Assembly (NCBI GenBank): GCA_963769935.1
Contig: CAVYNY010000009.1
Location: 128,001 to 192,000 of the forward strand
Length of the DNA: 64,000 nt
DNA from: an uncultured delta proteobacterium
GTDB taxonomy: Bacteria; Desulfobacterota; Desulfobacteria; Desulfobacterales; JAFDCJ01
Direction: 5' to 3'
The position numbers and the translations under genes were made by a program. The notes beneath the pieces were generated by a model. That model was not told the DNA's origin. It saw nothing but the letters and a program-made list of their open reading frames with translations, and did not search any database. Position 1 is the stretch's first letter, and every line of letters starts with the position of its first letter. Below are positions 41,610 through 51,174 of the stretch, one piece after another.

Positions 41610-43238
41610 TTAACAATACCTCAAAACCTTGCCCGGCAGCGCGTCTGTCTGGCGCTCGTCCTGGACAACGATCCGACCGTTGACCAGGACGTGCAGGATG
41701 CCTTCCGGGAACTGATGCGGCTCCAGGAAGGTGGCCTTATCGATGACGTGCCCGGGGTCAAAAACCACGATGTCGGCCCACATGCCCTCCTTTAACAATC
41801 CTCGATCCGTCAGGCCCAGCCGCTGGGCCGGAAAGGAGGTCATCCGGCGCACGGCATCTTCCAGGGTCAGCACGCCTTCTTGGCGCACATATTTTCCCAG
41901 GATGCGCGGATAGGTGCCGTAATAGCGGGGATGCGGTTTGCCGTGCCCCAGGACACCGGAGGGATTGACGCCCCAGGCGTCGGTGCCGATCATGGTGTAG
42001 CGGGCCGTCATGATTCGGCGGATGTCCTCCTCACCCATCAATTCGATGGTCATGGTGACTTCACCGCTTTCATCGATGAGCAGGGCAAACAGCGTTTCCC
42101 ATTGATCGGTTTTGCCTTTGAGACGCGTGATCTCGCCGATGCTTTTGCCTTCCATTTCGCGCCATTTCTCCGATTTAACGGAGGCGATGTATATGGCCTC
42201 GAATCCGGCGTCTTTAATCCAGTTTTCCCATCCCGGCAACCCCTGGTTGACATCATGCATGATGCGCGCACGGCAGGCAGGATCTTTGAGGCGTGCGATG
42301 AGCGCTTCCAGACCGCCCGCATGCACCCAGGTCGGCAGCAGGGTGATCAACGAGGTCATCCCCCGGCTGTAGGGATACTGGTCGCAGGTGATGCTCAACC
42401 CACGCGCATTGGCATCTTCCATCAGCTGAAGCGTTTCGCGGCTCCTGCCCCAATAGGCCTTGCCGGCCACCTTGTGATGGGCGATATGACCACCGCGGCA
42501 GCCCGACTTTTCCGTGATCTCGATCACTTCCTTGACGGCATCCACCACCGTCGCGCCTTCGCCCCGAATGTGACTGCAGTAAAGGCCGTTGTATTCGGCC
42601 ACGATCTTGGCCAGGGAGATGATTTCCCCGGTTCGGGCATAGGCCTGCGGGGCATAGATCAAGCCGGTGCTCATACCGAAAGCGCCCGCCTGCATGGCCT
42701 CTGCGACGAAGGACTGCATGCGCTTTTCTTCGCCGGCCGTGGGCGGCCGATCTTCGAATCCCGGTCCGCCGGCCACCCGCACCGTACCCAGGCCCACCAG
42801 ATGGGCCGCGTTGGCGACGCAGCCGTGCTGCTCCATATAAGTAAGATATTCGCCAAATGTGTTCCAGGGCACCGCTTCGAAACTGAGATCCGGCGGCGCA
42901 AAAACGCCGTATAATTTGAGATACTCCCGCCGGGTCTCCGGCGCCAGCGGGGCCAGATTGTCGCCGCAATTTCCCAGCAGGCTGGTAGTGATGCCCTGAC
43001 GGATGGTCGACGGCAGGGTATTGTCGAAGTAAATGGCCGCATCCGAATGGGAGTGCACGTCGATGAAGCCCGGACATACGACCAGGTCTGCGGCATCGAT
43101 GATTTCTGCGGCCTGCTCATTTTTTAAAAGCCCGATTTTTTCGATCCGGCCGTTATGTATCCCGACATCGCCCCGGTAGCCGGGATTGCCGGCACCGTCG
43201 ATAATTTTGCCGTTCTTAATGATGACATCATAGTGCAT
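41610..43238 (-). CDS. N-acyl-D-amino acid deacylase (D-aminoacylase)
   Basis: PGFIDVHSHSD, QGITT..GNCG, GMSTGLIY.P, SHIRGE, DQYPY and HPRYYGTYPR motifs. Confidence 0.93.
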   Translation of the reverse strand: MHYDVIIKNGKIIDGAGNPGYRGDVGIHNGRIEKIGLLKNEQAAEIIDAADLVVCPGFIDVHSHSDAAIYFDNTLPSTIRQGITTSLLGNCGDNLAPLAPETRREYLKLYGVFAPPDLSFEAVPWNTFGEYLTYMEQHGCVANAAHLVGLGTVRVAGGPGFEDRPPTAGEEKRMQSFVAEAMQAGAFGMSTGLIYAPQAYARTGEIISLAKIVAEYNGLYCSHIRGEGATVVDAVKEVIEITEKSGCRGGHIAHHKVAGKAYWGRSRETLQLMEDANARGLSITCDQYPYSRGMTSLITLLPTWVHAGGLEALIARLKDPACRARIMHDVNQGLPGWENWIKDAGFEAIYIASVKSEKWREMEGKSIGEITRLKGKTDQWETLFALLIDESGEVTMTIELMGEEDIRRIMTARYTMIGTDAWGVNPSGVLGHGKPHPRYYGTYPRILGKYVRQEGVLTLEDAVRRMTSFPAQRLGLTDRGLLKEGMWADIVVFDPGHVIDKATFLEPHQFPEGILHVLVNGRIVVQDERQTDALPGKVLRYC

Positions 43239-43459
43239 TTCAATCGCCTCCCGAGTCAAATTCTTACCAGCCATATCAAATCTATTTTATGAAATCCAGA
43301 GCGATTAACTAAAGTATTCCGATTTTACCCTCCTTGTAGTATAATATAGCCAGCATTAGCATAATTTTTCAGATTTTGCTGATCCAAAAGGTGCTGACTA
43401 CTGAAACTTGGCAATAATGGTTCCGGCTTGTCCGGGTCATTCTAAGGAGAGGAGTTGTT

Positions 43460-43666
43460 ATGCGTGGAATGTTTATAGTCGGCCTTCTCATCGTCGCATT
43501 GATCGTTGGATTGCTGGTCATGAAAAATATGGGAGCCGACAATGCGGGGGGCGTCACCAAAACCCAAGCCCAAAAATACATAAATAAAGCGGAAAGCGCC
43601 ACCCATGACGTGAATAAAAGACTGAATGATCTCAGCAGGCAAGTGAAGGATGCGAAGGCGGATTAG
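43460..43666 (+). CDS. Small membrane-anchored hypothetical protein
   Basis: Strong SD AAGGAGAGGAG; N-terminal TM helix and coiled-coil-like tail. Confidence 0.75.
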   Translation: MRGMFIVGLLIVALIVGLLVMKNMGADNAGGVTKTQAQKYINKAESATHDVNKRLNDLSRQVKDAKAD

Positions 43667-43721
43667 GTGCGCACGGCGGTTGGTCAACGGCCACCCCGTA
43701 TATGACACGGGAGGGTAGGAA

Positions 43722-44375
43722 TCAGCTCAGCACCGCAACTTTATATACATACTTCACCCAATCCGAGCCGTAATACCCCTCGGCCACCACGCGCAGCGGA
43801 AATCCGTGTTTTTCTGGCAGATCCTCACCATTTACCCGGTAAGCCAAAAACACTTTGTCAGCGAGGATATCCGCGATGGGAAATCGTTCCACCTTTTCAT
43901 AATTGGCAGGCGGACCGGTAAAGCTGATGTGGGTTGCCCCGGGCCGAATTTGGGCCATTTCAAGTATGGTCGCCACTGAAATGCCTGTCCAGCGAGCGTT
44001 GTAGGAAAAAACACCCGGACAGATTAAAAGAACATTTCTTTCGATGGCGGGCAACTGCACGATTTGGGCGTAGGTGAGCTGCAAGGGGCGTTGCAGGTGG
44101 CCCGATACTTCAAGCTGCCAGGTCTTCAAATCGACATGGTGATTGGTGGTCCCCATTGTTCCGAACTTATCGATCGGCGTCAGCCGCAAATTGCGTGTAT
44201 CCAGACTGGCGGGATCCTGGCCCATAAGGGTTTCGGGCCGGGTTCCTTGCGGCAGAATGATCTTTTTGACCTTGGCAAAAGCCTTGCGGACCCAAAAAGC
44301 GGCCGGGCTGAAGAAAACACCCATGCCGACGAGAAATCCCAGCAAATTCTTGATAAATTGGCGTCGTTTTTTCAT
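43722..44375 (-). CDS. Tat-exported molybdopterin-dependent oxidoreductase (sulfite oxidase/MsrP-like)
   Basis: KKRRQFIK twin-arginine; WQLEVSG, LICPG, WTGI and NGEDLPEKHGFPLRVV..YG..WVKY motifs. Confidence 0.88.
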   Translation of the reverse strand: MKKRRQFIKNLLGFLVGMGVFFSPAAFWVRKAFAKVKKIILPQGTRPETLMGQDPASLDTRNLRLTPIDKFGTMGTTNHHVDLKTWQLEVSGHLQRPLQLTYAQIVQLPAIERNVLLICPGVFSYNARWTGISVATILEMAQIRPGATHISFTGPPANYEKVERFPIADILADKVFLAYRVNGEDLPEKHGFPLRVVAEGYYGSDWVKYVYKVAVLS

Positions 44376-44459
44376 AGTTATATTCCTTTATTCCTGCGGC
44401 TGAGTACCTTGCGGGAGCACCGATAGTAAATACCAGGTTAACCCTTTATACGGTCTACT

Positions 44460-44497
44460 TCACAAGATCATCACAAAATTATCACTTTTTTGTAACA
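44460..44497. promoter_or_regulatory. 11-bp-period direct repeats (OmpR/PhoB-type box)
   Basis: TCACA/TCACA/TCACT/TAACA at 44460, 44471, 44482 and 44493. Confidence 0.45.
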
Positions 44498-44502
44498 AAT
44501 GA

Positions 44503-44538
44503 AAAAAGCGTGGAATTTAAAAGTCAATTCCACGCTTT
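44503..44538 (-). terminator. Rho-independent terminator downstream of hsp20
   Basis: AAAGCGTGGAATT..AATTCCACGCTTT stem followed by a T-run on the minus strand. Confidence 0.75.
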
Positions 44539-44660
44539 CCAAGTGAAAAGCTATATGATTTAATCAAGAATAAAAAGATACAGATATCATCATCTTATAA
44601 CCTTTGAATCCCGCCGGAGCGAAAAACCCTGAATCCGGAACCGATCCCTTAAGTAATGTG

Positions 44661-44963
44661 CTATTCGACGGTCACTTTGTGTCCATGCAAGCTGTCCTTG
44701 AAAGGAACGCTGATTCGCAACAGTCCGGAATCAAATTTTGCCTTGGCGCTCTCACGCTTAACCTCATGGGCAAGCGTATAGCAGTTATCATATCGAAAAT
44801 CCTCGGCTTCGGCTTTGATGCAAAAACCTTTGTCACCCACGTCGAGATCAACGCTTTCTTTTGATGCGCCCGCCAAATCCACCCGTATATCCAAACCGGT
44901 ATCATCGTCATTGTGGTTGACATTGATCATGGGAACAACAACTCGTTTTGAATTTTTGTCCAT
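44661..44963 (-). CDS. Hsp20/alpha-crystallin small heat-shock protein
   Basis: VDLAGASKE.V.L and AKAKFDSGLLRISVP motifs; ATG at 44963 with SD. Confidence 0.88.
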   Translation of the reverse strand: MDKNSKRVVVPMINVNHNDDDTGLDIRVDLAGASKESVDLDVGDKGFCIKAEAEDFRYDNCYTLAHEVKRESAKAKFDSGLLRISVPFKDSLHGHKVTVE

Positions 44964-45157
44964 TTGAGTCACCCCCTTTCTTGATAAACATGTACTGGTA
45001 ATAATCACAAATTTGTTCAAATCAAGATAGTCCGGAGGCTCAAACCGCAATTCGACGCATTTGCCGTTTGTAATTTCGATAATGACAAGATAATATTCCG
45101 TTAGCAGCCACCCCGGACATTTAATCATCAGTTTTTCGAACAGCGGAGGTTTGAGCC

Positions 45158-47341
45158 ATGACTGAAATCAGGCGATCTTATTGCGGTTTATGTCATCCCC
45201 GTTGCGGTCTCCTTTTGGAAATGGAAAACGGCCGGATTGTCAAAGTGAAAGGGGACCCGGATCATCCCATATCAAAGGGACGAATTTGTCAGAGAGGCAG
45301 TTTGATGGCTGATCATGTGGATCATCCGGATCGCATCAATTACCCGCTCAAGCGCAAGGGCGGCAAGGGAGCCGGACAATGGCAGCGCCTGACATGGCAT
45401 CAGGCCCTGGATGAAGTCGCTAACAAGCTAGGGGATCTTCGCGAACACTACGGCGCTGAGACCCTGGCTTTTACGCATGGCACCAAGCGAACCTATCACT
45501 GGGATGAACGCCGATTTTTCAACCTGTTCGGGTCACCCAATATCTGCGGAGCAAACAATATCTGCATGTGCCCGAGCCAGGCGGTAGAATTTGCAACTTA
45601 TGGCGGCTTCACGTGGGGTGATGCGATGCATACCAAATGCGTGGTTTTATGGGGGCATGCACCATCCAAGTCCAGCCCCATCGGCCTTTATCCCATGATC
45701 CTTCAAGCCCAGAAAAATGGGGCGCAACTTATCGTGGTCGATCCCCGCCGAATCCCGGAGGCGGAAAGAGCGGATATGTGGCTTCCCATACGGCCCGGGA
45801 CCGATGTGGCCTTGATGCTCGGATGGCTGCGGATTATCATCGAAGAAGACCTTTATGACACCGATTTTGTAGCAAACTGGACGATCGGATTTGAAGATCT
45901 CAAGACGGCCGCCGCCGAATATACGCCTCAAAAGGTTGCCGAGATTACCTGGCTGACACCCGAACAGGTGGTGAGTTCAGCCCGCTGCTACGCCACGACC
46001 AAACCGGCCATGATCACCTGGGGTTTCGGCCTGGACAAGCAGGGCGTCAACGCGACCCAGGCGGCAAGGGCCAGATGTTGTCTCAGAGCGGTGACCGGCA
46101 ATTTGGATATCCAGGGCGGGGAGCCGCTGGGCTGGAACGAACCTGTCGGCAGAATCATCGGCGACGAGGAAGTAGAATTCAACACTGCGCTTTCAAATGA
46201 GCAGCGGGCCAAGCAGTTGGGTGCCGATCAATATCCTTTCTTCGGTTTTCCGGGGTGGTCGCGCAACAGGGAAGCCAATCGCCGCCTGCCCATAGAATAC
46301 ATGCATCCACCCCATGCCGACATGACCTGTGTCGCCCATGCGCGAAGTGTGTTTGACGCCATGATTACCGCCAAACCCTATCCGGTTAAGGCGGCCATCT
46401 CGGTAGCCAGCAATCCGTTGCTTTCCCTGCCGAATGTGCGCCATACCTACGAGGCATTGAAGCAGTTGAAACTTTATGTTGTCGGTGAATTTTATCTCAC
46501 GCCCTCGGCCGCTCTGGCAGATTATGTTTTTCCGATATGTTCCACAGTCGAGACGACCGAATTGTGGCTGACCCCCATGTTCTGTGTGGCTTGTCCCCGC
46601 GGTGTTGAGCCGCTGTATGAACGGCGCAACACCTATGATTTCTGGCGCGGCCTGGCGCTGAGACTTGGGCAGCAAGATGACTGGCCATGGAAGACGGTGG
46701 ATGATGTGTGGGACTACCGGCTCGCTCCGGCAGAACTTACCTTCAAAAAGCTGCTTGAACAAAACGGCCTTTTCGGAAGGCCGCAATACAAGCGTTATGA
46801 AAAATTTGGTTTCGGTACACCGTCAGGTAAAGTTGAGCTTCGCTCCACAACCTTCGAGCAGCTGGGTTGCGAACCCTTGCCGGTATATCGTGAACCTTTT
46901 CACAGCCCCTTGGGTAATTCGAAACTAGCCGAATCCTTCCCCCTGGTTCTCATTTCCGGGAGCCGGTTTATGCCGATGTACCAATCCGAACAGCGCCAAA
47001 TTCAGGCGGCCAGAAAAAAAAGACCCGACCCGCTTCTGACGCTTCACCCGGATACGGCGGAAGCCCTTGGCCTGGCTGAAGGTGAATGGGTCAAGGTGGA
47101 ATCACCTCAGGGGAGCATTCGGATGCGTCTTCATCTTTCCGATATGGTTGACCGGCGGATGGCAGATGCAGATCATGGGTGGTGGTTTCCCGAACGTCGC
47201 GAGCAGGACCCCGAACTATTTGGAGTTTTTGAATCAAACGCCAATATTCTCTGCCCTGACGGATCGGAATTTTGCAGTCCGGAGATCGGAAGCTGGCCGC
47301 ATTCGGCGCTGCTGTGCCGGGTGAGCAAAGAAAGAAGCTGA
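45158..47341 (+). CDS. Mo/W-bisPGD oxidoreductase, acetylene hydratase-like clade
   Basis: CGLCHPRC..IC [4Fe-4S] motif, RRFFNLFGSPN, QLGADQYPF, PYPVKA, TPSGKVEL and HGWWFPE motifs; 727 aa, no Tat signal. Confidence 0.88.
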   Translation: MTEIRRSYCGLCHPRCGLLLEMENGRIVKVKGDPDHPISKGRICQRGSLMADHVDHPDRINYPLKRKGGKGAGQWQRLTWHQALDEVANKLGDLREHYGAETLAFTHGTKRTYHWDERRFFNLFGSPNICGANNICMCPSQAVEFATYGGFTWGDAMHTKCVVLWGHAPSKSSPIGLYPMILQAQKNGAQLIVVDPRRIPEAERADMWLPIRPGTDVALMLGWLRIIIEEDLYDTDFVANWTIGFEDLKTAAAEYTPQKVAEITWLTPEQVVSSARCYATTKPAMITWGFGLDKQGVNATQAARARCCLRAVTGNLDIQGGEPLGWNEPVGRIIGDEEVEFNTALSNEQRAKQLGADQYPFFGFPGWSRNREANRRLPIEYMHPPHADMTCVAHARSVFDAMITAKPYPVKAAISVASNPLLSLPNVRHTYEALKQLKLYVVGEFYLTPSAALADYVFPICSTVETTELWLTPMFCVACPRGVEPLYERRNTYDFWRGLALRLGQQDDWPWKTVDDVWDYRLAPAELTFKKLLEQNGLFGRPQYKRYEKFGFGTPSGKVELRSTTFEQLGCEPLPVYREPFHSPLGNSKLAESFPLVLISGSRFMPMYQSEQRQIQAARKKRPDPLLTLHPDTAEALGLAEGEWVKVESPQGSIRMRLHLSDMVDRRMADADHGWWFPERREQDPELFGVFESNANILCPDGSEFCSPEIGSWPHSALLCRVSKERS

Positions 47342-47520
47342 GAAGCTGGGAAGCTGGGAAGGTGAGAAGGTAAGAAGAGCAGAAGATCAGAGGATCAGAG
47401 GATAAGAAGGTGGGAGGTTGGGAAGTTGAGAAGGTGAGAGGTTGCGAACCTTTTTTCAACTCAATCAACCAATCAACCCAATCAACCCAATCAACCCAAT
47501 CAATTATGAACTACAAACCT
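47335..47520. repeat. 9-mer tandem arrays (G-rich, then C-rich)
   Basis: gaagctgg/gaaggtga arrays followed by caacccaat x3. Confidence 0.92.
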
Positions 47521-47555
47521 TTTATCTGACACTTGATCAGTTTATGGAGGAAAAA

Positions 47556-49475
47556 ATGTTGGCGGATGTATACGGGTGGTGCGGCAAAATACTCGATGTC
47601 AACCTATCCGAGGGCCGCATTAACGCACTAATGACCATGAATTATGCCGATCGGTTCCTGGGCGGGCGCGGGATTGCCACGCGGATTTATTGGGAGACGG
47701 TCGGGCCTGGTGTGGGAGCCTTTGATCCGGAGAATCGCCTGATTTTCATGACGGGTCCGTTGGGGGCGACCGGCGCCCAAGGGGCTTCCCGTTTTGAAGT
47801 GGTGGGAAAGTCTCCCATGCTGTTGCCGGAGGGGTTCTGCTATGCGAACCTGGGCGGATTTTTCGGTCCCTACCTGAAAAGAGCCGGCTACGACGGTATT
47901 GTCGTCTCCGGACGATCCGAAAAACCGGTCTATCTCTGGATCGAGGACGGCCAAGCCCGCCTTTTGGATGCCTCGGCGCTCTGGGGCAAGGGTGTTTATG
48001 CGGTTCGGGACACCTTAAAAACACTGCATGGGGAAAATGTCCGATTTGTGACCACCGGCGTGGCCGGTGAAAATATGTGCCGCAGTGCCAATCTGATGAC
48101 CGACAATGAAGGCAGCGGCACCGGTGGGTTCGGCGCCGTGATGGGATCGAAAAACTTAAAGGCCCTGGCGGTATTCGGTACCGGGACCCCTTTGGTAGCC
48201 GACCCTACTGAGTTAAAGGAGCTCAATCGCCTGGCAGTCCATTTGAGCCGGCGCGACCCTATGTTCGTGCCGTTCCCGCCAGACCAGATTCGCCGCACCG
48301 GCAGGGCCTCCTGCTATCAATGCGGCCTTGACTGCATCATGCGAAATTCCTACCGGACCGCATCCGGCAAGAACGTTGTCCGAAAATGCCAGGCCATGTT
48401 TGTTTATTTTCCATGGGTCATGCGAAGACCGGCCGAGCCGATTGAAACCGCCGTTGATGCCACCGGTATTTGCAACGATTTGTCAATCTGCACGATGGAA
48501 ATGCAGAATATCATTCGGTGGCTGAATACGTGCGACAAGGCAGGCTACCTTACCGCTAAAGAGACCGGCCTGGACATGGCCAAGCTTGGCACGCGAGAGT
48601 TTTTTGAAAATCTCGCCAATATGATCGCCCGCCGGCAGGGATTCGGCGATGTTTTGGCCGAAGGTCTCCTGCGCGCCGGGAATAAGCTCGGTGCACAAGC
48701 CACAGCGCATTTCTCAAACGAGGTTTCCGGCGTCGGTGACGGGGCCACTTATTCTGCCCGCGAATATCTTATGAACGGCCTGCTGTATGCTCTGGAACCT
48801 AGACAGCCGATTGCGATGCTGCATGAAATAAGCCGCATCATGGGATTTTGGGTCATGAATCAGTCCGATCCGAAATCTTCACCGGTAACATCCGAGGTTT
48901 TTCGGGCCGCGGCCGCAAAATTCTGGGGACACGAAAAGGCATGGGATTTGACAACCCATGAAGGCAAGGCCGCAGCGGCGGTCAAGATTATGGACCGTAC
49001 CTATGCCAAAGATAGCCTACTGTTGTGCGATTCCGGCTGGCCGCTCATATTTTCCTGGAACACGCCGGATCATGTGGGAGATCCGGGGTTGGAAAGCCGG
49101 ATATTCACCGCCGTCACCGGTGTTGAAACCGATGAGACCGCTCTCAATCAGTACGGTGAACGAATATTCAACCTGCAACGAGGGATTCTTTTGCGGGAAG
49201 GCCGGCAGCCAAAAGACGATGATGTGCCCGCAAATTTTAACTTCACTGATCCGGTTGAAACGGTCTTTATGAATCCGGATGTGATCGTGCCCGGGCCGGG
49301 GGAGGAGGTCGTCAGCCTCAAAGGCCGGGTCCTGGATCGCAGCGTATTCGAAGAGATGCGCAAGGAATTTTATGAACTGCGGGGCTGGGACGCTGAGTCG
49401 GGTCTGCAAAAGTCCGAAACCCTCGAGCGTCTCGGATTGTCGGACCTCGTTAGCGGCGGTGTGACGACAGGATGA
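47556..49475 (+). CDS. Aldehyde ferredoxin oxidoreductase family protein (divergent)
   Basis: GWCGKILDVNLS, FLGGRG, KSP, GFGAVMGSKNLKA, CYQC..DC and YELRGWD motifs; SD GGAGG. Confidence 0.9.
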   Translation: MLADVYGWCGKILDVNLSEGRINALMTMNYADRFLGGRGIATRIYWETVGPGVGAFDPENRLIFMTGPLGATGAQGASRFEVVGKSPMLLPEGFCYANLGGFFGPYLKRAGYDGIVVSGRSEKPVYLWIEDGQARLLDASALWGKGVYAVRDTLKTLHGENVRFVTTGVAGENMCRSANLMTDNEGSGTGGFGAVMGSKNLKALAVFGTGTPLVADPTELKELNRLAVHLSRRDPMFVPFPPDQIRRTGRASCYQCGLDCIMRNSYRTASGKNVVRKCQAMFVYFPWVMRRPAEPIETAVDATGICNDLSICTMEMQNIIRWLNTCDKAGYLTAKETGLDMAKLGTREFFENLANMIARRQGFGDVLAEGLLRAGNKLGAQATAHFSNEVSGVGDGATYSAREYLMNGLLYALEPRQPIAMLHEISRIMGFWVMNQSDPKSSPVTSEVFRAAAAKFWGHEKAWDLTTHEGKAAAAVKIMDRTYAKDSLLLCDSGWPLIFSWNTPDHVGDPGLESRIFTAVTGVETDETALNQYGERIFNLQRGILLREGRQPKDDDVPANFNFTDPVETVFMNPDVIVPGPGEEVVSLKGRVLDRSVFEEMRKEFYELRGWDAESGLQKSETLERLGLSDLVSGGVTTG

Positions 49476-49529
49476 TTAGTACAAAATTCCAGCGGAGGTT
49501 CGGGCTTTGAACTTACCCCGGCGGGCTGC

Positions 49530-49675
49530 CTTGGCAGCGTTGGAGCAATGGAGTACTGGAGTTTTGGAGTGTTGGGGATCAAAAACAAATATGGGTCTGA
49601 TATTATATTTTTTATCGCTGCCAACCCTATAAAAACAGATCTCCTTCAACAAACCCAACACGCCAAGACTCCGGT
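49530..49675. repeat. TGGAG-type repeat element with inverted partner
   Basis: tggagcaa-tggagtac-tggagttt-tggagtgttggg versus cccaacacgccaagactcc. Confidence 0.7.
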
Positions 49676-49722
49676 TCGTATTTTTGACAGAGCCGACTAT
49701 CTCTGTTTTGGTCTTCCCGGCT

Positions 49723-50826
49723 TCAGGGAAAAAAATACGTGTCGCCGTGCCGTAGATCCACCAAGCGGTCTATCAAGCCTTCTTTTTCCATTGCTTTTCG
49801 AATATCCACAGGAGGAAAGTGCACCGGCTCATCCCCTAAACGAAAGGTTCCCCAGTGAACGATCATTAGCTTCTTGGCGCCCAATTCCTTGAAGGCCCGC
49901 ACGGTTTCCGACGGATTGGCGTGGCTGGGGGCCATAAACCAGCGCGGTTCGTACGCACCCAGATTGAATATCGCCAGGTCGATTGCAAATTCCCGGCCCA
50001 GTTGGCTGAAGCCGTCGAAATAGGCGGTATCGCCGGAAAGATAGAGGGTCGGTCCGGCCGCGGTTTTGATCAGATAGGAGCCCCACAGCGCCCGGTTGGG
50101 TCCCTCCAGCGGATTGCGTATGGTCCAGTGGTTGCTCGGCAGAAATATGATTTCGCTTCCGTGCGCTTTATGGGAATCGTACCAGTCCAGCTGCGTCCGA
50201 TTCTTGAACTTGAGCCGATCCAATATCTCATTGTAGCCCAGGGGACTGATCACATGGGTGTCTTTGTCCAGCAGATCCAAAGACGGCGCATCTAAATGAT
50301 CGTAGTGGCCATGGGTGATCAGGACCTGGTCCGGCCCGGGGATTTCCCGCGGGTCGAACTGCAGGGGCGAGAAATCCTTGATAAACCAGAAAATACTGCC
50401 AAATACCGGGTCCACCAGCAGATACCGGTCGACATCTCGAATCAACACGCTGGCGTGTTTCAGGAAGGTGACCGACAGTCCCGTATGGCTTCGGATACGT
50501 TGCCAGTCAACGGTCACGGCTGTGGTGGGCTGATCGTCAAGGTAAGGCGCAAACGCGTTCCGGTGGAACAATTTCCAGGACATCACCTGCCAGAAGCGCC
50601 CGTTGCGGGGAAGTCCGATGGGGTTTTGAAAGTGGCCGTTGCCGTGATGCACCTTTTTTTCGGCAATTTCCCGCAGGCTGCGCCCGTTGAGCGGACGATA
50701 ATGCAGCGCCCCATTGCCCGGTGCTTCCGGTTGCGCTGCCAAGTTCAGCGGCGAAACCGCACTCATCAGGGCCAGGCCTTTGAAGCTGACCAGCATTTTT
50801 TGGATAAACTGTCTTCGGCTCATCAT
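49723..50826 (-). CDS. Tat-exported MBL-fold metallo-hydrolase (NAPE-PLD/RomA-like)
   Basis: SRRQFI twin-arginine; THGHYDHLD, SGDTAY, GAYEPRWFM..H.NP.E and HWGTFRL.DE motifs. Confidence 0.9.
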   Translation of the reverse strand: MMSRRQFIQKMLVSFKGLALMSAVSPLNLAAQPEAPGNGALHYRPLNGRSLREIAEKKVHHGNGHFQNPIGLPRNGRFWQVMSWKLFHRNAFAPYLDDQPTTAVTVDWQRIRSHTGLSVTFLKHASVLIRDVDRYLLVDPVFGSIFWFIKDFSPLQFDPREIPGPDQVLITHGHYDHLDAPSLDLLDKDTHVISPLGYNEILDRLKFKNRTQLDWYDSHKAHGSEIIFLPSNHWTIRNPLEGPNRALWGSYLIKTAAGPTLYLSGDTAYFDGFSQLGREFAIDLAIFNLGAYEPRWFMAPSHANPSETVRAFKELGAKKLMIVHWGTFRLGDEPVHFPPVDIRKAMEKEGLIDRLVDLRHGDTYFFP

Positions 50827-51099
50827 CGTTTCGTTTCACACTATCCGATCACCCCGCAGAGCAGGTGTGTAGTCGGCCGGTCTTGGGTTTTTGCAATGTT
50901 GGAATAAAAACTATAAGCACTGTGTCCGAAAGCGCAACTTCCTATAAAAGCCTGAATTCAGGCCGGAGATCGATGTTTATGCCAAATGATTCCAATTGCA
51001 ATTTTCTTATTTGGTAACTTGCGCGGCCGAAGGGTCAGCACTCGTCCCATAAACAACCATTGACATTTACCTTCCGTATTAACTAAAAAGTTGGTAAAA

Positions 51100-51127
51100 T
51101 GTTAGATTATTGTTAGATTAGTGTTAG
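51100..51127. promoter_or_regulatory. 11-bp direct repeats TGTTAGATTA between divergent genes
   Basis: tgttagattat-tgttagattag-tgttag. Confidence 0.55.
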
Positions 51128-51174
51128 CGTCTTTACGGGAGACTCCATGGGCGCCGATTCATCCGGGATGAGTT

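Noticed and set aside
45158..47341. Calling the gene a true acetylene hydratase (ahy)
   Set aside because: The catalytic Asp13 position is His, so family membership does not establish the activity
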